Origin: Podarcis melisellensis
Lineage: Eukaryota
NCBI GenBank assembly: GCA_964234715.1
Contig: OZ174289.1
Strand: one strand, 5' to 3'
Length of the DNA stretch: 64,000 nucleotides
Under the pieces are notes generated by a model that saw only the letters and a list, made by a program, of their open reading frames with translations, did no database searches and was not told the origin of the DNA. The position numbers and the translations under genes are program-made. Below are positions 10,224-24,752 of the stretch, one piece after another; positions within the stretch are counted from its first letter, which is position 1; each line of letters begins with the position of its first letter.

Positions 10224-13200
10224 TTGGACGTGTGTTGTGTTAAAAATGGCTGCAATGCCACTGCCAAAAAGAGAGAGGCCTATTATGTACTTGGACCTCC
10301 TTATCACTTGTACTAATCTAGGGGTATCCAACTTTTTTAGGCCCTTGGGCACGTCTGGATTTTTGAGTGAATTCTTTGGGTGCCACCTCCTCTTGCCATG
10401 TCTCTCCCCCCTCTCCTACTTTTAGAAGGGTTCTTCTAGGGAAAGTCAGGTCCAGAAACATTAATCTGAGTTGCTCTTCCAACTTCCTCCTTCAGCTCTA
10501 TGCACTTTTCAAAGAGAAAAAGGCAACCTCCCTCACCAACTCACAATGAAGGGACCAGCTTGCTGGGGTGTGAGGATTCACAGGCTTTGCATATTGTTTC
10601 GGAAACTGCGGTGTAGGCATGTTTGGATTACATTTTCAACCGTATCAATTTTCTCCCCCATTCCTACATTTTTAGTCATACTTTTTCAATATGGCTAAAA
10701 GCAGTGAAGGCTGGGAAGAAAGGGAGAAGGCAATTTTAAAGCTGAAAATTAGCATGGAGGAAACCCAATGCCAACCTTCTGTATTCACGTGTGCCCGTTG
10801 CAAGACATAGTGCATAATAGTTTAAAACAAGAAAAAGGATGCTTTCTTCAGAGGTTTTGCTGTACTCACTTGCATATCTGTGTAAATTCAGTTGCTTAAT
10901 CAATCACTTAATCAACTCATTCATGCAATGGATTATTTAAACTAGTGGCAGCCCTAGAATTAAACAAGGGCAGAATCAATCACAGCAGAGCACAGGAGAG
11001 CGTTGTAGAAGGAAACTTGAGGTGTGTCCTCAAGGTTAACACATCCAACTTGCCTGAAATCTTCCAGCATGACTCCCCCCCCCCCGCCCAACTCTTTCCT
11101 CAGAGTGTAATTCACCCTCTGGGGCTTCTCTTCGCCCTCCCCATCACCTTTCCAACCCACAGGTTCAAGGAAATAACATCAGACTTACAAGACAGTCGTT
11201 ATTGTTTTTTAGACATTTAGATAGTGTATTACCAAGCTTGCAAGGAGTTAAAAAGTACAACATTCAGAAATATAAAAAGTCTCTCTATGCATCTCCATAT
11301 ACTGTACAGTGGCAAGAATCTGAGTTCAAAAGAGGGTGTGAGCACCCCAAATCAATTTTTCATTGACACGCACAAAAGGAGTCAATAAACTGTTTCCGTC
11401 ATTCTTGTGTGACCGGTTCACGATAAGACAGACTAATGCAAATATAGAGATAGCTAGATTAAAGTATAGGTAGGAGACTTAGGTTACCTAGGCTGTACAG
11501 AAATACCTCAGGAGTGGGGGTGGGGAGTTTATATAAATCCACTTAGGTGTAGAGCAAGGAAAATGGATTCCTAAGAGAAGCAGGCTTGAAAAAAGAATAA
11601 TTACTCTCTAGGCATTTTGTTTTTAAAACTGTAACCCAGTTAAAGACAAGCACAGGTATCCTCTAGCAAAATGAGGATTTGCGTGTTTTTTTATGGGTGT
11701 AGTGTCAGGATTAATGATTGTTTTCCTTTTTGAGGGCAACCCTAAACATGTTTACTTGGGAGGCAAACCCCACCGAGTTCAACAGTACTTGCTGTCAAGT
11801 AAATATGCTTAGAACTGCAGTCCAAAAATGGATTTTTTTATTCTACAGAAAATCAAAAGGGAGGAGGGCAAGGTTCTGAGGCAGATATGAATGAAAACCA
11901 ATGTGCAAATCTCTTGCTAGCAGGAATCCGGCAGCCTCAACATTATAATGCAATCAAGTAAAGGTTTAGCCACCACTGCTAATTTCTCCATTTCACCTCC
12001 TTTTCAATGGTTTTTCTTTTCTTTTCCTGAGCAGTCCTATGTGACACTATACAAAGTTTAATGGCATTTCATTGCTCACCGGCCACACATTCAGGCAACA
12101 GTTTTTCTAGAAAGCATCCGGCACTTATCTTTGTAGATTCACCCTGTAATGTGGTGGTGCTTGACAATTAAAAACAAAAAAAGCAAAAAGCAAAGCAGAC
12201 TGCTTCTCCTTGCACCTCTGGTGTGTGTTGTGTGGTCAAAATACATTCATGGGATGAATCTTCATTAGAAGTGAAAGTGCTTGTTTGAAGCCCTTTGTGG
12301 GGATTTTTCAAAAAATATATCTATATATCTCAAGGACACAAGACCAACCCCTCCCCTACGATCGGCGATGATTCATCTATGAGAAAGTACACTTGTCCTG
12401 GTCAACGGGTTTGTTACATTGGGAGAACATTCATCCTGTTGGCCCAGTAATGAGCTAAAATGGTACATTCATGTCTCTGCAGCAATTGCCAGCAGTTAGG
12501 GGTGGACTCTCTGTCCTGTGTCACTTACATGGACACTCAATCTTAGGTCGGTTTGGTCTTGTTTTGTGCACTGCTTTTTTATTTTTAAAAATGCATGAAA
12601 ATTTCGTAGTTGAATGGTTCACATGACTGCTGACATTTTTGTATGTATTCTCCCAAGACAAATGCCGCCCCCCACCCCTACCCCCAGTGTGTTCCCACCA
12701 AATATGCATTTTAACTGTAAAATACATACTTCCGTGCACACATTTTTAATTATTATTATTTTTTGTACTTGAAAACTGCATTACCGAATCCAGAGAGTTT
12801 TGTAATCTGATCAGGGGTTGTGCTCCTGCAAGCAAGTACAGGACCATTGGACTGGGCTGGTCTGCTTTGAAAAGTGGACCCAGCCAATTCCTTCCCTACC
12901 ATCGATGCCACATCCCACACTGGCTTTTGTTGCTTGGTACTCCTACGGTTGATAGTCATACCACCACCACCATTCTATTTGCATGCTGCCTTTCCATAGT
13001 TAAAACCATGCTGAAGTGGGAGTTTTATGGGAGCACACACACACAAGGTCTGATTTCAACTACAGCAGAAAGTGGTTATGAGGAGGGTTGGTCGAGGCTG
13101 TGCCTTGACAGTCAGAAGCTGCCAGAAAGTTTGCAAAATAATAATGATAAATCCCCGTCAAAGCTGTGATTGAAAGAACACACACATATATCTATGTAGG

Positions 13201-16200
13201 AAGATGGCTGCGAAGCAACGCAGTTATTTTACCCTGTTAAATTCAAATGGATTCGCTGGTAGGTGAAAAGCAAGGATAACCCAGAACTACACATGGCAAA
13301 AGGGGATCAATCCTAAATCTGGAAAAAAATTGCACTCACTTTTATTTAATTTTTAAGAATCTGAATGGCAGGTTTTCCATTTTGAAAAAAAGGGGGGGGG
13401 ATCAGCATTTCAATGTTAAAAACAAAACCTGCAATTCTATAGAAGTCTACTCAGAAGTAGGTCCCGTTGAGTTCAACAGGACCTCTTCCTAGGTAAGCAT
13501 GCATTGGATTGCAACCTGAGTCTATCTGATTGATTTTTAAGCCCATAATGTTAGGTATTAACTTGGCAAACCCAAAACTTTTAGAAGTCTCCCTACCCCT
13601 AAATTTAACAGGATCCAGACTTAGGAATTCGGGTATATACATCCATCCCCGGCCCCACACCAAAGCAGATTCAAGATTGGAGAATTCCACCCACCCTACT
13701 CTATCAATTGCCCGCTTTGGAGAATGAAAACCACAGAAGGCACCCAGCAGGCAAATGATTCTGCCACCAGGACTTGTCTGGGGAAGCAGAGGATATTGTA
13801 TCTGCTCCTGGCCTTAGGACACCTGCTCTGAAAAAAATGTAAAGAATCCAGGTTGTTAGGGTTTACAATCATTGGTACTTCAGCACATTCCTGAGTTTTG
13901 CTTGAAGGACAAGGATAGCCCCATAATCCCACTTTTCTGGGCCTGGGGACACATTTGAAAACCGAAGAAAAATGTTGAGATCACCATAAAATACCCATTT
14001 CACAGCGGAAAATCTGGTGATGCTCAGATCCCAGCACCCTCCCCCCCATCAGCAGGCAAAACACACGCACCCCCCAAACAAACAGAATACGGGGGGCGGG
14101 GGGAGGCAGGCAACACCCTTCTCCCAAAGACAACTTGTCACAGAACCAAAAATACTCTATTAATATATATATATGTATACACACAAATAAAAACTGGGAG
14201 GGGTAGGATATCTGTGGACACCAAGGTGTGCATCTGAGGGTACCATGGTGCTCACAAGCACCACATCAGGGACCTCAGAGCTCTGGGCAGAAATTTCTGA
14301 AACAACTACAAAGCTTTCCCCTTTCCTGCATTTCTCCCCTGTGGCACAAGTTCTATTTGCCTGGCTGTTAGATTTGGAAAAGGGAAGTGCCAATCACGTG
14401 GACCTTGGTAATGAGCCACTTGTGGGTAGGAGGAGAAATAAAGAACTGCACATAACAGGATGGTGCCAGAGCCCCCAGAAGGCCCTTTTGGTTCTCTGGC
14501 TTGTGTTTGTTCCAGTCAAGCTCCAACTATGCTTGGGCAGGACTTGGAGGGCATGAGCAACAGACAAAAGTTGTAAGCGGGATCAATGGTAGGGAGTGGC
14601 GATCTGAATGCAGATGGTTGGTGGGAGGCAACAGCTGGGAAAAAATCCAAGGGAAGAAAGCTTAGAGCTTGGGGACTACTGGTGGGATGGCAATGTGTGG
14701 TCAGAGGAAGAAGAGGGAGAAACCTGAGAGGAGGAAGTGTCAGAAGCTGAAGAGGTAACAGGCCTTATTGAGCAGGGAGAGTCTGTGGCAGAGAGAAGTC
14801 CAGAAGCAAAAGCAGAGGCAGAAGAGGAGATGGAGGGGAGGGGGAAAGTTTCACTCCTGTTCCCATTGGACAGCTTAAATGGCAGGTGCATGCTTAATAA
14901 ACTGATGCATATCTGGTTTGACCCTTTAGGGAGTCTACAAATCACACCCAGCAAGTGCAACAAATAAGTCTGGGATACAGAAACAGAGGGTCCTAAGAAA
15001 AAAGAAGAGAGGGTTGAAGGAATGGAGACCTGGTAGATTCTCCAAAATCCAGGGAGGGAGCTAAAGTATAATTTGCTTGTGTCAAAAGGAGGGGGGGGCT
15101 TCCTGTGACTACAGAAGAAACAGAATCAATTTGTGTAAAATTAAGCAGCAGTCACACAGCACTTGTGTGCTTTAAAGAAAGTATTGGGTTGTATGTAACA
15201 TAGTGCTAAGTTAAAGTCACTTAGTGGTACATTGTGCCAGCAAAACTTTGCTGTGCAAGATTTTGCACGTGCAGGCTACTCATAACTTTGACAAGCAGGA
15301 TACTGTACAATCTGCTGCACAACAGATTCCCACTAATGCAAGAGTTGCATTTGATCCCTCTGTTGCACATTAAAACTTGCCCTTTGAACTAGCACAAGTT
15401 CTCTGTGATCGTGGTTCAAGGATGTTGGATACATCCCTATATATTTAACCTGCTGTTATGTGAGACTCCCAGTGGACTGTATCTAAGAGACTGGTGGGGT
15501 CTGCACACTTTCATTAATTCTGCAGCAAAAGATTCTCTCAAGACCATTCAGTGGGTTAAGGTAGTGCACTTTTTACATCATTCATATAGGAAGCTTGAGT
15601 CACCTTATATCATTTTCTTTTTCTAATAAGGAAAACACACTGTCTTGTTCATAGCTTTTCATCCTTCTAACTACCATCTTCCTTAACCTCATTTCCTAAG
15701 CTAGAACCTCACCAGATCCCCTTTTATTGGAAAGGGGACTAATCTGCAGTGCTGCTACCTGGTGCTGACCCACTTTGTAGGTGAGGGGATTGATAACATT
15801 TAGCCATGTTGATGGGACCACCGAAGAGGACAGTCCCTCCTCTTCAACCACCACCATCACAATTTTGTATATTTCTAGCCTAACTGGAAAAGCAACAGCA
15901 AAAGCAGAACCAAAAAGAGCAGGGGGGAAAACCCTCACAATCAATGAAGCGTGGACATTTTTATGATATATTTTTCTTGAACGTCTGAGCTGGGAAGTTA
16001 ATTACAGACCTAACTGTGCAAATCCATGGCAACAGATGGAGGAACATGTAATTAAAGCCAAACTAACAGTGGCAGCAACTGGAGCCAAGCACATTTTAAA
16101 GCAAATTCTGGTTCATCCAAGCAGAAGGGGCAGGTAACACCTCCTGGGAAACAAAAGAGTATTAATAGAAAGAAGCCTTGCTGCTTCTTAGGATGACTGT

Positions 16201-16662
16201 TGCTGAAGCGCTTCATGCAGGAAGGAGAGAAACACTTTGCAGAGGGACAGAAGAAGCCTGAGCTTTGGTTTTGGGCTGTACAAAGGAAATGTCCAGGAAC
16301 ACATTACAAACACAGAAAAGGTCGGTCACTTCACTGGCCAGAATACATTAAAAAAAACAAAGAAACCTGAAACATCTCTTGACACTACAGATGTAGATTC
16401 AGTTATAGGTCACTCATTAATCTTCCACGTCAAATGAAAACATTCAGTTATTAGTCATGTCAGACCCGCTAGAGATTGAAGCTTTTTCCATGTTCTTTTT
16501 TTGGCTTACAGAGACTGAGTGCATTCAGGTCAGTAGGCCATGGTGCTATTGGTCCAAGGAGTTGGCTAGGCAAATATGAGAAATGGAATGAGCAGTTGTT
16601 CACACATGAGTCTATTGCTTGGCCTCTCACAACTAAATGCATGAACTGCTTTTGTGTGTCAC

Positions 16663-17078
16663 TGGCTGTTTTTGCACATAACAACAGGCCAGATTTTATG
16701 TCTTGTTGTGGTTTATTGTGAGCCTGATTGCTCACCCTGGCACAAACAGGATAAACAAACTAGGAAGCCTTAGCTTCTGGTCATATTGAACCAGTGATTA
16801 TAATTTGTTTCTCCCTAGCAAGCCATAAGTATTAGCCTACCTTAAACCATGCTTCGTATTTGATTTCCTGTTCATGGCTTCTTGTTAGGGAGCAACAAAC
16901 CATGACACACACCCCGGTTCAGATGTAACCAGAAGTCATGGCTTGTTGCATTACTATATTGTTCATGCCAGTAAAGGATTGAATCAGAAGCAACTGGGCT
17001 GTACAGACTAGCAATACCACTTGTTCACTGTAAAACACAAGAAGACAGTCTGGCTTGTTGTTATGTGTGAATGTGGCC
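16663..17078. mobile_element. Old TIR element (Harbinger-like MITE)
   Basis: Left end ggctgtttttgcacataacaacaggccaga approximately matches the reverse complement of the right end tctggcttgttgttatgtgtgaatgtggcc; superfamily is a guess. Confidence 0.45.
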
Positions 17079-18601
17079 AGTGTGTTTGACGCCAATGTGA
17101 TAGGTCCTTCATACATTCCAATGATCATTTAATGTTGCAACCAACAAGCAGTAGACATGTGTCATCAGGCTCTTCCTGAATAATGTGGACCCAGAAATCT
17201 GCAGAATAGCTGCTATACAGTGATTATATAGGAAGAGGAAAACCCAAGAAGATCCAGATAGGTTTGACTAGATTTCCAGACTTAGTATGGTGTTTGACAG
17301 CCATTAATTGAATTGTTAGACTGCACAGCTAAGCACAATGATAAAGAACTGTCAACATGAGGCACTAACTGGGCCAGGCCAAATTAGCCACCAGCTGTTG
17401 ACGGAGTAACTTTCTTCACAGAGGAGGCAACACAGTTGATGGTTGTAGGGTTTTTTTTGTTTTTGCAAGACTTTTAAACTATGGGGGATAGCTTTCTTCA
17501 AAATCCACATGCCTGGTACAATTCAGAAAAAAATCAGCAATGATATTCACCTGCAGCAAATAGACAATGGTAATAATCAGCTGTGATGCTAAAAAGGCTT
17601 CTTTGTCTGCAGGGCATCACCTCTGAATGTGGCTGATATGATAAAGAAAGTGAAGGAAGAGATTCTTTTTAAAAGAAAGAAGAAAAGAAAGAAAAAGCAA
17701 TGTGCATTCCAGTTCATAGCATAATAAGGAGGAAAGCAAGTTGTGCGGAATCCAACAGTTGTTTTGGCCTGAAGCTACAAAACTACTTCCCAGGCTACTT
17801 CCCATTTCTTAATCACATTTAATTTCGGAATATGCATTTGGCTCATTGTCCTCTCTCGGCTGGGCTTTGCATCAGCCTGGCACATATTCAGCAGGGTTCT
17901 TGAGCACAGGTACCATGGAAGTGTGCTGCTCAACTCACAGATTAAAGCCCAGTCTTGAGATAATGAATATGGGCTCAAATAGCAAACATCAGGAGGGAGC
18001 TGTCTATAAACTTGGCTTCTTGAACTGTTGGAAGAAGGAGGGCCCCGAATTGCCTTCTCACCTAGGGGGCAGCACAAAACCCAATATATATCTTTAGACT
18101 CTTGCAAAAAAAGAAAGAAAGAAAGGAGAAACAGACAGAGAGAGAAAGATAAGAGGGAGAGATAGAGAAAGAAGAACGTTGCTAAGAGCCCTACCATTTC
18201 ACTCCTCTGAAAATAAAGCATTTAAATCTCATCAACAATTGCGGACTGTTGTTTTGAAATGGGAGTCTAAAGTGATGAAGAATTGCATGCTTCACCAAGG
18301 ACTGGAATGGCTCACAAGAGTGTGCATGCTTTTCTTCCAGCTCTTCGAGAGTACGAGAAACCAAATGTATTTGATGCAAGTTGGACCAATAAAAAGGAAG
18401 CCTTTCTTTGTGTATGAATGCCACACTTCAACTGAATGGCACTTATTTCCAGGTCAGCGTGTTTAGGATTGCAGCCTAAGAGAACAATTTAAATGTACTG
18501 CTGTTCTTCCTGGACTGCCCTGCTTCAGACTGCTGATTGTGGAATAGCATGTTTCAAAGCTCCCCGGTGCTAAATTTCAAAACCTAATTTCCCTACATAT
18601 A

Positions 18602-18816
18602 CAGTGGTACTTCTGGTTAAGAACTTAATTTGTTCTGGAGGTCTGTTCTTAACCTGAAACTGTTCTTAGCCTGAGGTACCACTTTAGCTAATGGGGCCTC
18701 CCGCTGTCGCCGCACAATTTCTGTTCTCATCCTGAAGCAAAGTTCTTAATCCGAGGTACTATTTCTGGGTTAGCGGAGTCTGTAACCTGAAGTGTCTGTA
18801 ACCCGAGGTACCACTG
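18602..18816. mobile_element. Tigger-like (Tc1/mariner) MITE
   Basis: TA|CAGTGGTAC...GAGGTACCACTG|TA; close second copy at 42270-42511. Confidence 0.85.
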
Positions 18817-21800
18817 TACAAAGTTAGCACATAAGGCTAAGCTAAAACCCTGTTTCTTTTTCAGAAATTTCATTTAAGTGTGCCTGCAAACCTTCGTTTG
18901 CCGACTCAGGCAGCATTATGTACTTCTGCAGATATATATATATATATATTTAAATGCTTTCAGTGTCATTATTTCTTAGGACCAATCACATTGTGTACAA
19001 TTTTCTCATTAGGAGTTAACCACTTGAACAGCTGAGTTTCTGCCCAACTGTTGGGGAATAGGTCATCCTCCTCGGTTTCATAATGATTTGAGAGTACAAA
19101 TACTTTCCAGCCAATTTCATGCTGGCTATGTCTTTATATAAGCAATATATGACCACTTATGTTACCATGACACCATTTCATTCCTACTCCCCAGCACACA
19201 GAGAGATGAATGCATTTGTTAAATGATAAAGCCAAGATGGCTAGAGCAGTGTCATAGCAAAGCAAAGAAATAATGCATATCCCCTCCACCCGATGATTTG
19301 AAAGACCAAAGTTCTGCAAGAGGAGACCATCATTTGAGGATTAGCTGATACGGGCAACTATACTTGATTTGACCAGCATTAATGCTATATATCACACACA
19401 CACACAGCCTCACACAAAGGCACACAGAGAAAACTAAGTCCTGCTGCAACCCAACATTATTAATCCTGGGCAGGATATGTTTCATTTCATACAACTGTAC
19501 TGTATAGGGTACCCTGGAAGTCATACAAAACTAAGCGCAGTATTTTAAAAACACCCTGTTTTCACTTTTTATGAAGTTGCAATTGGCTTACATTAGCTAT
19601 CGGCTATCATTACTACCCTGTTCCATTAGGGGCACTTTTGGTAATCAGAAAATCAGATCAGTGACCAGATGAACGAGGAGATTCTCCAGTCCCTGCCAGC
19701 AAGGCAGTCAGGTACTGCATGGAAAACAGGTTTTGAGACACAGTATATACCTGGATTTGGATGTATGATTAAAAGCAAGCATGGGGAACTTGTTCCAGCC
19801 TGAGGGGAGAATTCCCACATGGGGAACTTGCCCAGGACCTGAAAACCAGGGGTGGGAAGGGCCAGAGGCAAAAGTGGACACTTCAAGGGATGTGACTGCT
19901 ACATTCCAACTACATAAAAGATAAATGTTGTGACACCCATGCATTTCTCCATCCCCCATCCAGACAAGCAAGTAATTTTATTACAGTTAAAAGATATATC
20001 CCAGCCAGGAGAAGCTCTCCAGGGGAGTACATAGCAAGGCAGGGAAAATGTCCTTGTAAGATGAGCAGAAGCTTCTACTTTAGATTAGTCTCGGTTTAGT
20101 GCATTGTTTGAAACCTAAACTGTGGCTAATTTTAACTATAAATTGAACAAGCCAGCTTCACAACCTAGGCTGTTAGCTTGTTTCAAGTAACTATAGTTAA
20201 AATTGAACAGTTTTCCTAGCAGGATAAATGGGACTTTACCATGAGTGTTTGTTTTGCTAGGGTTTTAGTCTTGATTCAAATGTGTTTTGTGTGTTTTTGT
20301 GTGCGTGTGTTTTAAAAAATTATCTTACGTGAAAATTGCCTTGAGATGGTTGTTTAGAAGGCGATGAAGAAATAGATGATGATGATGATGATGATGATAA
20401 TAGGCACATTTTTTTGTAAACATTATTTGGCCGGAGAACTGCACGACAAAATTTGGAGGAGTGCAGATTTTGAAGGCTAGCTTTTTCAGTTCACATATTT
20501 TTCAGAAAGTGTGGATTAGATTGGTATGCATTTCAATAAAAACAGAAGCAAATTTCTCCTTCATCCCTTAGTTGCAACCAGTTTCAGGCCCATTTAAATG
20601 CCATAGGTCCAGACCAATGAACCTGGAAACTATAGGTATAGAAATTAAAAAAAAAATAAAAAATTGGCAAACTCATACAACTCCAGTTCCCAGGGTTACC
20701 GGAGCAGGTGTCTGTGTATGTGTGATGACATGAGTTCCACCTTCATTTCAAACTAGCTAAATTTTGCAATGTAAATATGCCCCTGGTCTTTCCAAGCAAG
20801 CCCCTTTGGATATACCTAAAAGAAATTATCTTTTGCCAAGTTCATCTGTGATTGCTATAGCCCTTCCCCATGTTCTAACAATCACTGAAACAGGAAGTAA
20901 GAATGAGTTACGCTTCCTATTTTCACCGTAGCATTTAGAAAAAGAGAATGTTAAGCGCTAATATGTACATTCTGTGGGGACACCGTTCGGTTCCCAAACT
21001 ACAAGGGTGACGCAAAGGGCCCCCAGACACCATAACTTTTTATAATTTCCCCCTTAGCTCCTGCTTTTCCAAATGTGGGACATGTTTTGGCTGAAATTGG
21101 GGAGGATTAGGGCATCAGTCTCATGAATTTCACTAACCCCCCTCTCAGAAAAAACCCCAAAACCCTATCCACCATAATTTGAACACTGGTCTTTTTTCGG
21201 TATTTTGCAGCATGTGAAAGCATCTTGGGGGGGGGATCTTTGTATTGAACATGGGTAGATTGATCTTAGGAGGTGCATGGCAAACCCTGGATTCCTACAG
21301 AGGATCTTGTGATTTTTGCTCACATCAAGTTAAATTGGAGAGGTTTAAGATAATCACTGGAAGGAGCCATACGCTACTGGGGAAGGAGTTGGGTATTTTA
21401 CTGATCCTTGTCATCTCTTTTTAAACGACCCACCTTCCATACTCCCTAGGACTCATGGAAAACAGGAGCCTAAAACTCAGGAGGAGATGTGTCAGGTGTA
21501 GCTGACCAGATGCTACTGGCATTACACAGCAGGGAGCAGTACAGAAAGTGAGTAAAATAGCATCATTCAGTAGTAGCAATAGCGCTGGGCATTTCTAATG
21601 ATTGTCTTTTCACCCCCCCCCCCAAACCCATCAGTTTTTCTTGCTTTTGTTTGCTCCTTGGCCCAGTCAGCAGGATCCCACACACTGGCTGTGTGAGAGG
21701 GAAAAGCAGAAGCCAGATTGTGAAAATCAGGGAATGCAACTTTCTGCCTTGAGAGAGGAACCGCAGGGCAGTGGGGAGGCAAGAGAGGGACTCTAATACA

Positions 21801-22214
21801 GTGCCCTTCCCTGACTATGGACATTCACTGCAAGGCCATTAAGTTGTGTGAGCATACCAGAGGTTGCAAAGTGCTAATCAGCTGAAAAAATGGTATACCG
21901 GGGTTGAGGGGGTGGGGGAAGAGATTCAAGACGCTGCCCAGACAAAACCTTAAGTATCAGCAAAATGCCTTTCATTGAGACAGGTAGAAACATGGAGAGG
22001 GAAGGGGCTTTTATATTGTGGTATGCCCTGCGGTGCATGCATTCGATGCTTCTTTAGACACCTTACACGTGAAGATTATACACACACAAACACACTGCAC
22101 TGCATTAAGGACTGGTTCACCCAGACTTAAGAGTGGAAGGTAGTGTTTGCCCACATGGCAAGCATTATTATTTAGGGTCATCTTGTGGATGATCAATGTG
22201 GTTACGTTGTTTAC

Positions 22215-22480
22215 CAGGTGTGGGGAACCTCTAGCCCTCCAGATGTTGCTGAACTAAAGCTCCCATTATCCCTAGCTATTGTTCTTCTTGCTGAAGTTGA
22301 TGAGATGTGTAGCTCGGCAACATCTGGAGAGCCAAGGGTTCCACATGTCACCTGTCCTCCAGGTGTTACACAACAACAGCTCCTATCACAGGCACAGACA
22401 AACTCGGCCCTCCAGATGTTTTGGGACTACAACTCCAACCATCCTTAGCTAACAGGACCACTGGTCAGGGATGATTGTAA
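22215..22480. mobile_element. Short palindromic MITE-like repeats ('ccagatgtt...ggactacaactcccatc' family)
   Basis: Motif recurs at about 6645, 8305, 24880, 25965, 27050, 30870, 51310, 52865, 55200, 57610 and 60980. Confidence 0.55.
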
Positions 22481-23291
22481 ATTGTAAACCACAGATTGTA
22501 AATTCTGTGGCCAATTGCCCTCCGCCATTTAAAGTATGCCCTTCCCTTGGCTCACATGTATCCCAGCTTAGGAAAACATCTAGTTAATCAGAATAAGCAG
22601 GCTCTAGTATATGAGAGCTTGTGCCACAATTCATCTGCAAGTGCATACAGTGCTGAAAGATGCTTTTAATTCTTTTTTTCATCTTCATGATGTAAAAAGA
22701 AGAATCCTACCAAGGACGGAAGTGAAGAATCCGACCAAGATAGCTGCTGCAACCATTATTCAGCCCCAATGCTTTGCATTGATCCTTAAAACAAAGATGG
22801 CACTGAACAACCAGCCCATTAGTCTAAGTCTAGTGTCTGCAAAGAGCCCCATGGTGTCCCAGCTGGACAGAGTCCATTGTGTGCAGGATTCAGCTCTAAA
22901 GACACAATTAGCTCAGGAACCCAGCAGGAGCTACAAGACCATTTGCTTTTGTTCCATTTAAGGCTATGAAGAGAAGCAGGTCAACAGCATTAACGAGAGC
23001 TTCTGGTCAGATAATGGATTTCTGGTTCCAAGGATATAGAAGGGCTAGGAAAATCTTTCAGATTCCGAGCTGAATATTTGCATTTAAGGCAGTGAGGGAA
23101 TCAATCCTGTATCAAAATGTTCCGTGTGCCAGCCCTCCCGAGAGCTGAACGAATATTTCAAAATTCTCAAGGGCCAGCTTAGAAATATTAGGCTGAAGGG
23201 TAATGAGGCCAGATTGGGAAATTTTGCCCGCCCTGAGCAAAAGAACAGCAAGCAATATGTTAAGGACACTGGAGTCATAGGGCTCATCCTA

Positions 23292-23420
23292 AGAATCACA
23301 GAATTGTAGAGTTGGAAGGGACCACTACGGTCATCTAGTCCAACCCCCTGCAATGAGGGAGCTTTTTCGCTCAACGTGAAGCTTGAACTCACCACCCTGA
23401 GATTAAAAGCCTCATGATTG
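23292..23420 (-). mobile_element. tRNA-Lys-headed SINE with CR1-like tail
   Basis: Same structure as 56441-56586. Confidence 0.7.
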
Positions 23421-24428
23421 CTAGTCATGGGTCTGAGAGGCTTTAATTTTGTCCCACCGCTTTCCCCGGGAAAACCCACTGTTCACTGCCGAACTGAAAC
23501 AAACCTCAGTCCACAGGAAACCTGACTGGCGTTTGTTCCAATTCAGGCGTAAGCAGCAGGTTTCTCCAGGGAAAGCGAAAGGGCAAAATAACTTCTCGGA
23601 CCCGTGACTAGGAATCACAGGATGAACAGAAGTGGGGCTGAGCCCTGATATGACGGTCAGGCATCATCAATAAAAATAGGGATCTTTGCTCTTCCTCTGC
23701 CTGAACAACACCTGTCTCCCAAGTGACCACCTTTCCCCCTCGCCACCACTCAGGAGTTTCGCAATCAAAACTAAAATTGATCAAGTCAGGTTCTGTGGGG
23801 TAGGGTGGGGGGTAGAATTAAAAAGAAAAGAAGCCACAACAGCCATATATTGTATCCTACAAGCACTGAAAGTACCACATGCCAAAGAAACTCTGAACAG
23901 TTCCAAGCTAGCTTCACTGCAGAGAAGAAATCAGTACAGGGGGACTCCCCCCAACCCGCCAAATTTGTAGTCTTGGAAAGCAGGAGGATCAGGATGAGAA
24001 AGAGAGGAGGTATCCAACTCCTCATGCAATTGAAGAAGGTGTCAGGCCTAGGTCTGATACCAATGCAGGATAGCCCTGTCTAGCAACACCCATGCTGCAG
24101 GTCCTTCTTCCAGTGTGGAAAAAGATATAAAAGTTTCCTCTCTTTTAGGGCCAAGATGTGTGGCTGATTCCATTGGGGATGAGTGTGTGCTCTACATTTA
24201 AGACACTTTTTCTTGGGTCAGGAGTCCCCCCCCCCCTCCAGTAAAAAAAGAAACAGAAAAAAGTCTGGCACCACTGCCAACAAATCAACAAAGATGAAAA
24301 ACAACAACACAGCCCCCCCACCCCATTAATGGAGTGGTAGGCTCACCCTGACCCTTAGTCAAGCAGATCTCCCCAAGGGCTGGATTAGGGCATTGCGCAA
24401 AATGACAAAGCTCTCTCTCTCGACATAC

Positions 24429-24752
<324 letters not shown>

